Shown in pieces: positions 34,443 through 53,570 of a DNA stretch of 64,000 bases (position 1 is its first letter; each line of letters starts with the position of its first letter). Both the position numbers and the translations under genes were made by a program. The notes under the pieces were generated by a model, which was not told the DNA's origin, did no database searches, and worked only from the letters and a program-made list of their open reading frames with translations. The stretch lies in NCBI RefSeq assembly GCF_032191835.1, contig NC_083235.1, positions 47,616,001 to 47,680,000 on the forward strand. Direction: 5' to 3'. This stretch comes from Heteronotia binoei. Lineage: Eukaryota.

Positions 34443-36467
34443 CTCTTCATGGCTTTTGTGCAGTCCCACATAGTTGTGCAGGCCTGCTGCAGAGATCTTT
34501 TCCTAAAAACTCTAGAGAAGATTCTCCCCCCTCCTCATGGGCCGTCTCTTTCCTGCCCAGCTGGCACATGACAGGGTGGGGAGAGCACTCCTTTGCTCAG
34601 TCCTTTCTTCACTGTTGTGGAGATTGGATACTGCACTCTCTCCTGCTACTTACTTCAGGTTTTTTCTTGTGATTTCTCATTTCTACTGCTTTTTGATTCG
34701 TTGATCATTTTTGCATCTCAGAAGAAGAAATTTGTTTGTCTCCATTTTCCGTACGATGGCTGTATTCAAAAAGTGTCCTAAAAATGGCAAAATTGGATGA
34801 CCATGACTGTTGTCTCCAGTGCCTGGGTAGAGCCCAATTTGTCTGCTTGCCTGATTTGCAAGCAATTTACCTCAAAAGTTTGCTTTAATTAAGCTTCGGA
34901 GTTGAAAGCTGCCCTTTGGGGAAAGGCTTTGGCAGCTCCTAGGAACTGGAATTGAAGTGTAGGGCCCATATAACCCCTTTGGGGTCAATGCCACCAAGAT
35001 TCATATTGAAACCAGGCCTACTATTGGAACCAGCTCCAAAGAAATCTTCAACTTTGCAGAGTTCCTCAGAACCACCACCGCAAAAGAAAAAGTTTAAGTC
35101 CAAGCATAAGGCTTCTCATTCTTCCTCTACCCAGTCATGAGTGGATATGTCCTCCACCCAATGACCCCGGACCCCTTCCTCTACCCCAAGCCCATATCCT
35201 TCTCCTCCTTCCTCTGATTATGAGGTCACTAAGGTTCCTCCACAGTCCCCCTCTGTAGCTGAGTCTCCCCAGCAAAGCAGCATTCCAGATTCTGGGGTGT
35301 CTCATGCTACTGGGAACCACTCCCTCCACAATGGTTCCAGTATGCTCTGCTACCCATGTACTGGCCTATGCAGTGGGAACAGCCATTGCTGCTTTCTGTT
35401 GAACCAAACCCCCAGCCTCATTGTGGTCCACCATTGACATAGGTCAGCATGGGCCTGAATCCTTTGGAACTGAATGAACACAAGCTTCCATACATAGGTG
35501 GTTCCAACACTCCCTTGGAACCATCTCCCAACATGTGCATCACAGACTCTTCACTGTTTCTTCAACAGATGATCTCCACCTGTATCCTGAATAGTTGATT
35601 TATATGGCTAAGCCTCTCCACCTTGATGTGATCTGCTCTGAACTGACTGCTCCTGATCCTATCCTGAAGGTATACTATCCCCCCAATGTGGGCTTGGTCG
35701 CTTTTCTGATGCTTCTGGGCTTACTGGACGCAGCCAAAACCATTTGGCTAAGCCAGCATCCATCTTCCCTGTAACTAAGAAGATTGGTCTCTCCAGGGCA
35801 GTTATTTGCTTCCTTTGCTCTGTTGCTGGGGCCAACCCCAGGTGGACCTGTTTGCCTCCTCTTTGAATGCTAAGTGCCCCTAGTTTTGCTTGCTGGTTGG
35901 GGTGGATACTCACTCAGGGATGCTTTTCAGTTGACATGGCAAGGACCCGTTTTATGCCTTCCCCAGGAAGGTTCTCTCCAATATTTCAATGGATGAATCC
36001 CTCTGCATTCTAATTTTACCCTTCTGGTCTCCAAGGGTGTGGCTTCCAACACTGATTCCTGTCTGAAGGCTGCCACATGCCTCTGCCCATGGTGGGAGAC
36101 CGGCTTCACATAGGGCCCCTCCTTCTCCATGATGTCCAGTCCCTAAACCTGTTTGCTTGGCTGATGTGCAACCATTAGTGTTGCCCAGGTACTAGTATCT
36201 TCCAGATGCCCCTTGACAAGGAAGTTTTAGGCTGCCAAATGTGTAGGTTCTCCCCCATTTTCCCTAAGCAGGCACACATCCCTCCCTCCTTTCCCCACTG
36301 TGGGATCCTTGCGCTCACTGGTCTTTCCATGGCAGCAAGAAAAGGACTGAGGGAAGGAGTACTCTTCCCACCCTGTCACGTGCTGGATGGGCAGAAAAGA
36401 GGTGTGCCTGCACAAAAGACTACTTGATAAACAACAGTTACATGTAAGCGTGAAACCCTGTTTTCTC
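34443..36467 (+). mobile_element. Internally deleted, decayed DIRS1-like relic of a second family
   Basis: 5' end ctcttcatggcttttgtgcagtcccaca resembles the intact element's cttcttcgtggtctctgtgcagtcccaca. Inverted repeats at ~34546-34609 and ~36337-36401. Broken gag zinc finger ATG 34756 MAVFKKCPK / DDHDCCLQCLG. The 3' end resembles the intact 3' terminus. Confidence 0.7.
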
Positions 36468-39269
36468 TTTTGCCCCGTGCTCAGCAAAGGCTGACAAAAT
36501 AATACATGCATTTTGATATTTATATGTGCATACAGCACAGTCAGGTGCAAAATATTTTTAAAAAACCACAGTCCTCTTGCAGTCTTACAATATAAAATAG
36601 ACAATGGATAAAATACTGGAGAGGAAAAGGAGCAACAAGGGTTGTTTTTTAAAATCACTAGACATGTAGTCTCAGCAGCATGAGACTACCAGTCGCAAAG
36701 CAGAGCTATTGACCCAAGCCTCTTTTCCTTTTATTGGCTGAGGCTCCTCCCCCTCCTGGTCCCCTGGGGAAGGAAGGAAACAGCCAGAGTTTCCTTTGCC
36801 CAATTCCCTGGATCACATGGGAGAGATACAAAGAAAGCACCTTTAAGATCGACTGCTAATGTTTTAAGCATTTTTAAATTAAAAAAAAAACCTTTGTGTT
36901 TGTCTGTGTCCTTTATAAAGTTTATATCTCTGCATTTTACGACACACATGGCCTGGCCTGACAAGGTCTCATTTATGTCAGATCCAGCCCTCATAACAAA
37001 TGAGTTCGACATCCCTGCTCTAGCATTTCATTCCTCCAAACCTCTATTCCCTGCCAGGAGGAAGGGGGAAATCTTGACCCACCTGTTATCTCTCTTGCTA
37101 GTTCTATTAGCATGTGAATTAAGGTGAGCAGAGGAGCATCTGGAAAGCAATTGCACAGACTTCCACCCCTTGCTTGTTTCCTGCCCAGAGGAAAAAAGAC
37201 TTTTAAAAAGTGGAAGTGGAGGTTTTGCTCATTTCAGACTACCAGGAAAAAATGCATTTCTCCACAGGCAGCAAGGGAGAATAAGGTGGATTCTTGCAGA
37301 AGAGCAAGGTATCTTCTGGCTGCTGATTGTGAGAGAGGAAGGAGCAGAAATCCTTGATGAGGACATAGCAAGAAACATGAGCAGGAACACTGGCTAAGGT
37401 CAAGGTTGTGGAGAATTTTGTGCTGGAGAGGGAAGCCAGTGCAAGGATCTGAAAAGCAGCATTACATGATCTGAGCAATAGGAGAGGTAGATGATGTGGG
37501 CAGCATAGTTTCGAGTAGAACTGTATTTTATTCAGAGCAGGAGATAATGAGAGCATGAGTTGGCATTTTAGCTGAGAAGTGGGCAGACTTGTGCAAAAGA
37601 ACATGTCAGTTGTTATCTTGCCTTTCTCCCTCCCAAAAGAGGACCCAATCAGTAACTGAAAATGTTCATGGACTTCCTTGGCTGCCCTTTCTCTGTCAGA
37701 GCACTGTGAATGATGAAGTTACAAATGCATGGTGAGACTGATACAACTCACTGTTTTCTTAAAGTTCAGATCCAAATTTCAGTTCTAAGACCACACACAT
37801 GTGGCATGTAGAAATGAAAAGACATTTGGATTTTCTAACAGAGCTGCATTCTATCCAGCCATTCATCCCTTCCTATCCTTATGTTGTAGACACACTATAG
37901 TCCTATTGCTTTAATGATTACATATAACACACAATCCAGAGTATGCTAATTGTATATGAAAATCAAGTGAATTAATTTACATGCATTGCATATTTTCCAT
38001 AGAAAGATATTTTAACTTTTGTTTGGAAGCTATCGATTTTATTGGTGAAAATGGAAACAGTACCCAAACAAGGTAACTTTTGATTTTGAGAACTGTACTT
38101 TTAACGCTAAGGACTTCCAAACATTAAGCATACATTCCTGTGTCCTACTGCCCCAAAATGTTACTAATCAGTAAGCTAAATTTAAAATGGCGCGTTCTCT
38201 GTTCTGCCAGTGTTACCAATTCTGCTCTGGCACAGCCTGACTCATCAGCAATCCATTGGAAATTTCCATCAGGCAACATTTGCTAAAGCATCATCATAAC
38301 CTACCTTCCTTTAGGTGGAGCTTACAGTGAAGCAGTATTAAGCTTGCTGAGCCCGTTATGGAGAAACATCAGCCATGTTCTTGTTCTGGTGAATCACAAA
38401 ATCCTAATTGCCACATTCCAGAATCCAGTATATGACTGACTGGGACTCAGCACTTATGAAGTCACAGGGGTAAAAATGAGACTTTGTTAACACTTCTCAA
38501 CCACAGTAATACTTAATGTGAAGACATTTATAATTCCGTCCCATGCACTTTTGAAATAAAAAATTTAGAAGCCACAGATACCTGTGGAAATTATGAATCT
38601 AGTAGATCTGTGTGTAAAAATCTGGTATACCTGGGATTCTGCAATAGGTTTACACAAGGCTTTTTTGGTAGAAAAAGCCTAGCAGGAACACATTTGCATC
38701 TTAGGCCACACCCTGTGATGTCACCTAGATTTCCAGTTTTGTAGGGAAAAGCCCAGCAGGAACTCATTTGCATATTAGGCCATAACCCTGATGATTAGCC
38801 AGCCGGAATTACGTCCGTGTGTGTTCCTGCTCATAAAAAGCTCTGGATTTATGTTATCATGCCCCATCTCACAGGCTTTTGGTTATTGAGGCTTGAAAAA
38901 AGTCAGTGAGGGGTTTGTCTCTCAAAATTGTGTCAAAAATACTCTGAACACTGCAGGATGTAAACATAAAGTGTTTTCCCCTCCTCCAAAAGATACGGCA
39001 TCAGTTGCATGAGGGGAAGAGCACTGCTGCTTGATAACGAGTATAACAAGTCTCCCGACCCATCTTCTCTCCCCTTTCACTGCAGTTTAGGACACTAATC
39101 TTTGTATATGATCTGCTATAGCTGGAGCTTATATGTGTTGTGAAAGAATCTGGTCAAGGAGAAAGCCCTTAACAGCTTAGGCGCACCACTAATGCTTGTG
39201 GGATAGCTTCCTACCCAGCAGTTACTACTATAGTACTAAGCTTCTCATGTTCAAGCCAACCTGAGAGTT

Positions 39270-39460
39270 TGGTGGTGGTGGAAAGTGCTGTCAAGTTGCA
39301 GCTGACTTATGGCGATCTCAAGGCAAGAGAAGTTCAGAGGTGATTTGCTGTTACCTGCCTTTGTGTAGCAACCCTGGCTTTCCTTGGTGGCCAACCATCC
39401 AAATTCTAATCAAGGCTAAGCCTGCTTGGCTTCTGAGATTTTATGAGATTGGGCTAGGCT
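39270..39460 (-). mobile_element. 5S rRNA-derived SINE (5S-Sauria-like)
   Basis: Minus strand reads cccaatctcataaaatctcagaagccaagcagg...ttagaatttggatgg (5S internal-control-region-like), followed by a Sauria-type body ending in (ACC)n. Confidence 0.65.
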
Positions 39461-40059
39461 TAGTAGTGTTAAACTGTTTCAAACAGGACTGTACAAACTT
39501 CTTTAAAGTCAAGCTATATCATACAACAAAAGATAAGTTTTATTTATATTATTTATAGTCTGCCTCTCCATTCAATGGACAATGAATTAGGATTTAGATT
39601 GTAGAACGTAACAGAAATCTAAAAAGCAGAAATGAAGCATAAATGTTAACATGATACATAAAATGATACAAGATCACACACTAGGATCCAGTTTACAAGC
39701 TATAAAGGGATCCACCCAGTCCAAGCAGGTCTTGCTCGCCTGAGGCTCTCCTGGGGCATCTCCCCAGTCAAAAGGCCAGCAAGCCACCCACCCACCACCC
39801 AAAATCACGTAAGTGGAGAAAGGACAGTGTGGGCTTCTCCAGGGGTTAATGAGGGCTGCTGGGGGTGTGGCAAAGCTCCTGGTGGCTGGCTGCCACTCTC
39901 CTAATCCAGGGATTGTTATGCAGCTGCACCTACTATTCAATAGACAAGGTAGATGGGGAGGAGGAGGAACCCTCAGAAAAGTTCAGGAGCTATACTCATG
40001 TGAGCTCCTGCTGAATCTGAGGCCTGTGTGTGAATAATTTTTGCAGTGCTACCTTATTG

Positions 40060-40109
40060 CTTGCATAATTTGCAGAAAGCCTGACCTTGCATAATTTGCA
40101 GAAAGCCTG
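40060..40109 (+). repeat. 26-bp tandem duplication
   Basis: cttgcataatttgcagaaagcctg twice. Confidence 0.8.
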
Positions 40110-40199
40110 GGAGCCTTCCTGACCTCATGTTCTGCAAGGTGGGGCCCACAAGGGAGAAGGCACATATACAGGAAATTGATTTTGCCTGTTTGCAGGTTG

Positions 40200-40740
40200 G
40201 TACCTGCAGAAGGCCCTGTTCAAATGAGCAAAGGTGTCACAGCAGAGCATAGGAGATGGTCTTGCGGATATGAGGGTCAAAGGCCCTGAAGGGCTTTGTA
40301 TGTGGTAGCCAATACCTTAAATTGAACCCTGTAACTGATGGGCAGCCAGTGGAGTGACTGCAGAATGGGAGTAACATGCATGTTCCATCTAGCTGTGGCA
40401 TTCTACACCAGACATTATTTCCAAATGGATTTTGAGGGAAGACTAATATACAATGCATCTTGTCACTGTGGCATGGATTCAGGTGGCCAGATCAGGTGCA
40501 TCAAGAGGTCATTTTTTGAGCTAGCCTGAGTTGGCAGGATGCCTTTTTTTGTAACTGTATTAACTTGCTTCCCCAGCAATAACGTTCAGCCCAGTACAAC
40601 CCCAAGGCTCTTAACTGAATTCACAAGGGTCACAAGAACCCAGTCAAATGTGGGGAGCATAATAGCCTTCAAGATCTCTGCCTTCCCAACCAGTATTACT
40701 TCTTCTGGCAACTGTCTCTCCCATTTTAAATTATACCTAA
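40200..40740 (-). mobile_element. LINE2 ORF2 fragment
   Basis: Minus strand encodes HVTPILQSLHWLPISYRVQF, a typical L2 RT C-terminal motif. Boundaries approximate. Confidence 0.7.
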
Positions 40741-41495
40741 AGCTTCAAATTGTTTTAAATCCGCACATTAATGAACAAGGTGATAGGTATAAGGTTTATT
40801 AAAGTAACTATGGTAATAATAATCAGGCAAGGTTGGGGTTCTTTGGTGTTGGAATGCCTTGATCCAGTTAAGACACTAGGTTTTGCTAACTTGGGCTGTT
40901 AAGTTATTAAAACATTAAGTCCAGTTACTGTTTCTCACTGCTATCAATAATTCCAGTTTTGGAAACTTTGCATCTTTTAGTTAATAGTTACGTAGCCCAC
41001 TGCCACTTCAATATATGAACTGTAAGAAACACCGTTAGGCTCTTATAGAATGCAGAAAGGAATTTCTCATTAGCACAATGAAAGCACCCTTAGGGCTATT
41101 TCTTTCTCCCTACTAAATAATTTTGAGTAAGAAGTCAAACTTGCCAGATTTTACTGGCTTTCAAAAAGACACCCACTAAATGGAATATAGAGCCTACACT
41201 AGTAATTACTTGCACAGTACAAGCATGCGTGAATGGAAACCATATGACCCGTATACCTAAACCCACTACTTCCATTGAAATACAGTCTAGGACAACTGAC
41301 AAATTAGTCTGCAGTATTCTTTTTGAACTTCCAAGCAAACTTTGCAAATAAGTTTTTCTCTTTCAGAGATAATGCTGTTAAACTTGCAACAATTACTACT
41401 GTAGTAGCATGTGTTGTAGGGTGGCTTTACTATGTATGTCTTGTTTCACATACTTCATACCACTGAAGACCCAACAAATTCCATTTTCAAATACT

Positions 41496-41501
41496 TTTAT
41501 T
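41496..41501 (-). terminator. Candidate proximal DDX5 polyadenylation signal
   Basis: AATAAA on the minus strand ~275 nt after the stop. A second AATAAA at 40795-40800 could be a distal site. Confidence 0.55.
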
Positions 41502-41776
41502 GGAAGGCCATGCATTGCCTTCTGTTGTTGTATTTCAAATCACTGTACATTTACTTTGTGAAAACACTGCCTGCATTTTCTAGTACAAAAAACTAAAAAT
41601 CGTTTCAGGAATGTAGAGAATATTAAACTTAAATAGCGGAAAAGTGCACCATAATTACTGCTGCACTGCAGACACTGCTGCATGTTCCACAAGATTTTAA
41701 ATAACTATCCTGTCTCAGTAACACACAATATAAAGAGCAATTATGAAAAAACAAGACACTTAAATATACTTCTAAG

Positions 41777-48356
<6,580 letters not shown>

Positions 48357-49614
48357 GACGATAATGGCGATCAAGAAGGTCTCGACAACGATGGAGGGCA
48401 GGCAGGACCGGTCAAATGTAACTCCGAAGCCGATGTCGAGGGCGAGGAAACCGGGAGTGTCCGAGGAGCCGGATGCCGGTTATATAGCCGGCGCCGCTGC
48501 GAATGTTGGGAAGCCGGCTAGTGACGTCATTAAAGGTACCGCCCCCTCCCGTTCTAGACTGGGGCGGGCGGCTGAAAATTCTCTTCGCTTTAAAAGAGGC
48601 GGGGCTAAGGCTGGGCCTGTCTGCTGGCCTATGAACGCCTCGCTGTGTTTGGCGAAGCTGACCGGCCGGCGCGCCAGTTTTTCATCTCTTTCAGGAATTA
48701 ACGGAAGCGCCCTTCTCAGCTCGGGTTGTCAGCACGCCAGCTCCCTCTCAGCTGTTGCACGCAGTTCAGTCCCGCGTGCACAACCCCCCCTCTTGCGTGC
48801 CTTTTCGGTTTCTCACCAACCACAACTCAGAACGCCAGTTCTCCACGCGTGCGCAGATCGATTTGCCTCTTGGGGACGTTGCAGCTTTGTTTAGAAAGAC
48901 CGGCGGGGGGGGGAGGTATTTTCCGCTTGCCTGGCAGCCTCTAGCGAGCGGAAAAACGGCCCTTATGTTTAATTCTTTTTTTTTTTTAAACCCCATTCCA
49001 ATGATATTTAACAATAATAAAAAATATGAGCGTCTCCGATTTCTGAAGATTGAAAGAAGCTTTTCAAAACTTGCAATGGCCTCCTTCCCTCTTTTTTTTT
49101 TTTTTTTTAAAAACGTTTTAATAAATTGTCAGAAGTTTATTACAATTGCTTTGCCAGAGCACAGCATACAATCAATGGGACTAAGTGCCACTAACTGGCT
49201 CTTCTGGAATTAATGGTAAGATGTTTTAATCGATATGATAAAAATCCAAACAATAACAAAAACCCTCAGTGTACATACACTATGTCAAATAAAGGAACTC
49301 TAAGCCGATTGGCTAACTCTGCCAGTAGCTCAATCAGATACTGCAGCTCATAACTGCACAAGTTAACTGGTGTTCTCTCAACTCAAAGGTGTGCTTTTCA
49401 GTGTAGTGGTTTTATGTATTCCCCACCAAGTATTTAAGTGATGTGAAGGCATATGTGACCCAGGAATTAAGTATTTCAGAGGTCATACTATAACAGATTA
49501 TAATCACATAACTAAAATAAAGTGTACTACTCTAGTGCCTTTTTTAAAAAAAAAGTCAGGCTGTAACTACATTGCAAGTCTTCAGTAAGAAAATCGAAAG
49601 AATCAGATTTTGAA

Positions 49615-49885
49615 TGAGGAAGAGATTGGATTCAAACCCTGCCCTTCGCTATACAAAGAAGTCTCAAAGTGGCTTACTATCTCCTTTCCCTTCCCCATCC
49701 CACAATAGACACCCTGTGAGGTAGGCGGAGCTGAGAGAGCATTGACAGAAACTGCTCTTGAGAGAACAGCTCTGAGAGAACTTGTGACTGGCCCAAGGTC
49801 ACTCCAGCAGTTGCATGTTGAGAAATGGGGAATCAAACCTCCTAGATAAGAGTCCACACACTTAACCACTATACTAAACTGGTTG
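49615..49885 (-). mobile_element. tRNA-derived squamate SINE
   Basis: Minus strand starts ccagtttagtatagtggttaagtg...ggtttgattcccc (A/B boxes), then a CORE-like gtgaccttgggccagtcac. Related pieces at ~28900-29050 and ~56795-56870. Confidence 0.7.
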
Positions 49886-50339
49886 GGAAGTAAGATATAT
49901 GCATAAGAACTTGTCATCTGTTGTACAGTATTCCAAAAGATGTTTGAATCCATGGATAGCTAGGGTTGCCACAGTCTTCTCAGCTGGGCTCTTCTGCCTT
50001 AAAAGCTGCATTGCAAGTAATACTTCAGCTGGTTAAGTTTTTCACATCATGGCATTTCTGTGCTGGGAAAATTAGTATCTGACAAAGGTGACTGTTTTCC
50101 TGCTGTTAAAGGTACAAGAGTGCTTTGGGGAAGGGGAAAGGTGAAAATCCCATGGGCAGTGGAATCTTATGGTCAAGCTAAAATAAGTGCCTTTCAAGTT
50201 TCTGGCATAAGGGAATTTACGCATAGCCCTATAAAGCACAGGTATTATTTGCAAGTGGGCAGAATGAGGCTCTTAGTAATTTTCTGAATAATTCTCAATT
50301 ATTTTCACATGAATGAATTGTAATAATTACATCAAAATA

Positions 50340-50740
50340 TTGTGGCATTACATAGTTGTCTTTTTGCTATGGAAGGGCAGCCATAATCACCTTCAGACAT
50401 TCCATAAAAAGATGAATATAATGATTGAGAACCTGCAGTTTGAATTAAATGCAAATAAAATATTTTTTTAAATACCATGGTTGTTAAGGTTGTTAAATTG
50501 TCAGCTGTACTGCACAAGAAACCAACTCTTTCCCATATTTTAAAAGTAATCATATTGTTTATATTAAACAAAATTTACCATTCATTCAGTTGCTAAGAAT
50601 TAGAAGGAACTGTACTAATGTTCAGGATTTCCATGGAGAAGCTCTGACTCTGAGACACAACCTGGCAAGGAAAGGGTATCCTAAAACAACACTGCAGTCT
50701 GCTTATCTCAAGGCTGTTTTCTGCAAGAGGGAGATGCTGC
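50340..50740 (+). mobile_element. Penelope-like element, RT C-terminal fragment
   Basis: Decayed HYIVVFLLWKG...F...MN (RYIDD-like), LHKKPT, QLLRIRRNC...F...A..L...L...GYP...AYLKA. Confidence 0.65.
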
Positions 50741-51059
50741 TTAGGAAAAAAATGATTCAAGGAAGGTTATATGTAGTCTTACTTGTAATCTCATCAATGT
50801 TGGATTGAATAGAAGCATTTATAGAAATGGAACATGTTGTATGATATACCTTTGTGTACAAAAAAAGAAGTTATTTATGGCTTTTAAGAAGACTTCTAGT
50901 TTGAAGGACAAATTAGTACATGGTAACACATTTCAGCCTACTAACTCATAAAAAAACCTTATCAGGATCTAGCTTACCAAGTGGTCATTTTCCCTGTACA
51001 AATTGTACTTTTTGCAGATTCACAAGTTTTATGAAATATTTCCCCATATGAGCCCCAGA

Positions 51060-51496
51060 GAGCGCTGAGGTCAGCTGGGAAAAACCAGCTGAATATCCCT
51101 GGGCCAAGGGAGACCAGATTGAAGGCCACCCGAGACCGGGCCTTCTCTATTGCTGCTCCACTGCTGTGGAATCAACTCCCGGAGGAGGTGCGGGCCCTAC
51201 GATGCTTAGATCAATTCCGTAGGGCCTGTAAGACCCACCTCTTCAAAATAGCCTTCAACCAATGACAAACCGGGAAGTGCCATTGAAAATGCTCCTTATT
51301 TACTGAATTCTGCTGAAGACGTAACGCTTAGTACCATGTTGATATTGCTATTGTTAATTTTAATAATTGTAAATTGTTTTAACTGTGATTTTATAAGTAA
51401 ACTGATGTATAATGTATTTTATGTTGTAAGCCGCCCTGAGCCTGCCCCGGCGGGGAGGGCGGGATAGAAATAAAAAGTTATTATTATTATTATTAT
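51060..51496 (+). mobile_element. LINE2 3' end (ORF2 C-terminus, 3' UTR, (TTA)n tail)
   Basis: Encodes RAFSIAAPLLWNQLPEEVRALRCLDQFRRACKTHLFKIAF; tail gtaagccgccctgagcc...gggagggcgggata...(TTA)n. Confidence 0.85.
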
Positions 51497-53079
51497 CAAC
51501 CCACGTGACAACAAGACCCAGTATACCATAAAGCAGAGGTATGGAATTCGTTTGTTATGAGGGCTGGATCTTACATAAATGTTGCTGGGCTGAGCCATGC
51601 ATGCCCAAAACTGTAACACAAGGTACTGGAGATATAAACGTCGTCGTAAAGCTGATTTCAGATGTCAAATGGCAATAGCAGATGAATAACAATAGCAGGC
51701 TTGATTAGATTAGGTGTGATATGCAGAGGAGTAGTAGCCGTGGAGATAACCAGCGTTGGTAGACAGGAAATCTAGGTCTCAGTTCCATCCAGCAGGATTC
51801 AGTCCAGGAGGATGCAAAGAATAAATGGACATAACCCTGACAATAGAAACCACAACACTCAGTTGCTGACCTAAGAGTAGCAATGCTCTTATAAAGGAAT
51901 TTCAAAGGGAGACTAGAAAAAGAAACTGCTGAATTGCAATGGATAATGAAGCCCAAGACTGAATTGAGAGCCAGTTTTCCTGCCTTATTACAAATGTGTG
52001 CTATTATCATTTTGGCATCTGAAATCACTCCACTCTCCAAGATATAAGGATCAATCCAAGTGTTTTAATTCTTAATCAGGATCCTTTTGAAGTAAAATAA
52101 GTCCAGATAAGAAACTCACTAATTTTTTTTTAAGGAGGAAATTATGGGTGGAAAAGTACCAGATAGATATTAGGAAAAAATTTTTTAGTTCAGCAGTGGA
52201 ATTGGCTGCCATAATGCACAATTCACATCTAAACAAACAAAAAAAATCAAAACATTCCAACATAGTAAAATAAACAGAATTTAAAATATATATGATAATA
52301 GGTACAATGAAGAAACTGAGCGCTAAAATGTAATATTATCATAATTTGGCTAACAGCCAAGATTAATTTCTTCCTTATATTTGTTGATAAGAAAATAAAA
52401 GCAGTCACCTTAAGAGTAACATCTAGAATAAAAAGTCTCCTCTGCAAGCACCAGTCGTTTCCAACTGCTTTCACAATGTTTTCACAGCACTTTTTACAGG
52501 GTGGTTTGCCATTGAATAGCATCAGCCAATAGAAATTTAATACATTCCTCTTCTGAGCCTGGAAAATTTGTAAGGAACTGGTTCAACACTGTTTCAAATG
52601 AGATCAAAATAGGGAGTTAGAAGAGTCCATCCTTTCACCCACCCATCCATCCTGCCTCCTTCTAAAGAAGAAGTGTGCTTGCACACAAAAGCTTATACCT
52701 GGAATAAAACATTGTTGGTCTTAGATCTGCCATGGGAGTCCAGCATTGTTGTCTCTCTCTTCTCCTTCTCTGTTCCCAAAAGAGGAGAAGCAGCCCCAGA
52801 GAAACAAGCAGAAGTGTGTGTGAGAGAAAGAGCTGCAGAGGCAGGCTTCTCTTTGTATCTTCGAGCTCTCCATGTGACTGTGTATGTGTGAGAAGGAAAG
52901 GAGGGGGGGAGAGAAAAGAGGCAGGAAGCGAAGAGCCATGGAAGGAGCTGGGGGGGAAAGCAAGGTAAGGCACAGCTGCAGCAGCAGCCCTGGAAAGGAA
53001 GCAGAAGGAGGTTGCTTGCGGGACCAAATTTCAGCCCTGCTTTGGCCACACATTTGACACTCCTGCCCTAAAGCATTTT

Positions 53080-53400
53080 ACAACATGTGACTCTGTTTGG
53101 GTAGTTTATGTGATCAGATCTCGTTTGAAATTACGGTATATGCAGGTAAAGTAAAAAGGAAGCTTAAGGTGCTCATTAGGGAACATAAACAGGGTATCTT
53201 ACATTTAAAAAAACCCAGGTGCACCATTGGTACGTTTTTTAGAACAGTCATGCCCCAACTGATTTATTTTCTGGGCTATATATAGATCTGATAGCCAGAA
53301 TGTTAAGATTCGTATTAGAAGGGAAGCTGAGTGGATTCTTAAGTTGACAACCTTAGAACCACATGAGTTAAACAAAAACATATGTAACAGCCTTTGGAGG
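53080..53400 (+). mobile_element. Penelope-like element, GIY-YIG endonuclease fragment
   Basis: VVYVIR...YAGKVKRKLKVLIREHK and RREAEWILKLTTLEPHELNK, read across frameshifts. Confidence 0.65.
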
Positions 53401-53444
53401 AGGGCAGGGAGCTGTTCCTGTTGGTAGCAGAGGATAGGACACAC

Positions 53445-53570
53445 AGCAATAGGTTTAAATTATGGGTGGAAAGGTACCAGATGGATATTAGGAAAAAATT
53501 TTTTTAGTTTAGCAGTGAAATTGGCTGCCTAAGGAGATTGTGAGCTCTTCCCCACTGGCAGTCTTCATGC
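53445..53570 (+). mobile_element. CR1 3' fragment (sister copy at ~52140-52210)
   Basis: gcaataggtttaaatta...gatattaggaaaaaa...cagtgaaattggctgcctaaggag...ctcttcccactggcagtcttc is a CR1 3'-end consensus-like sequence. Confidence 0.65.
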
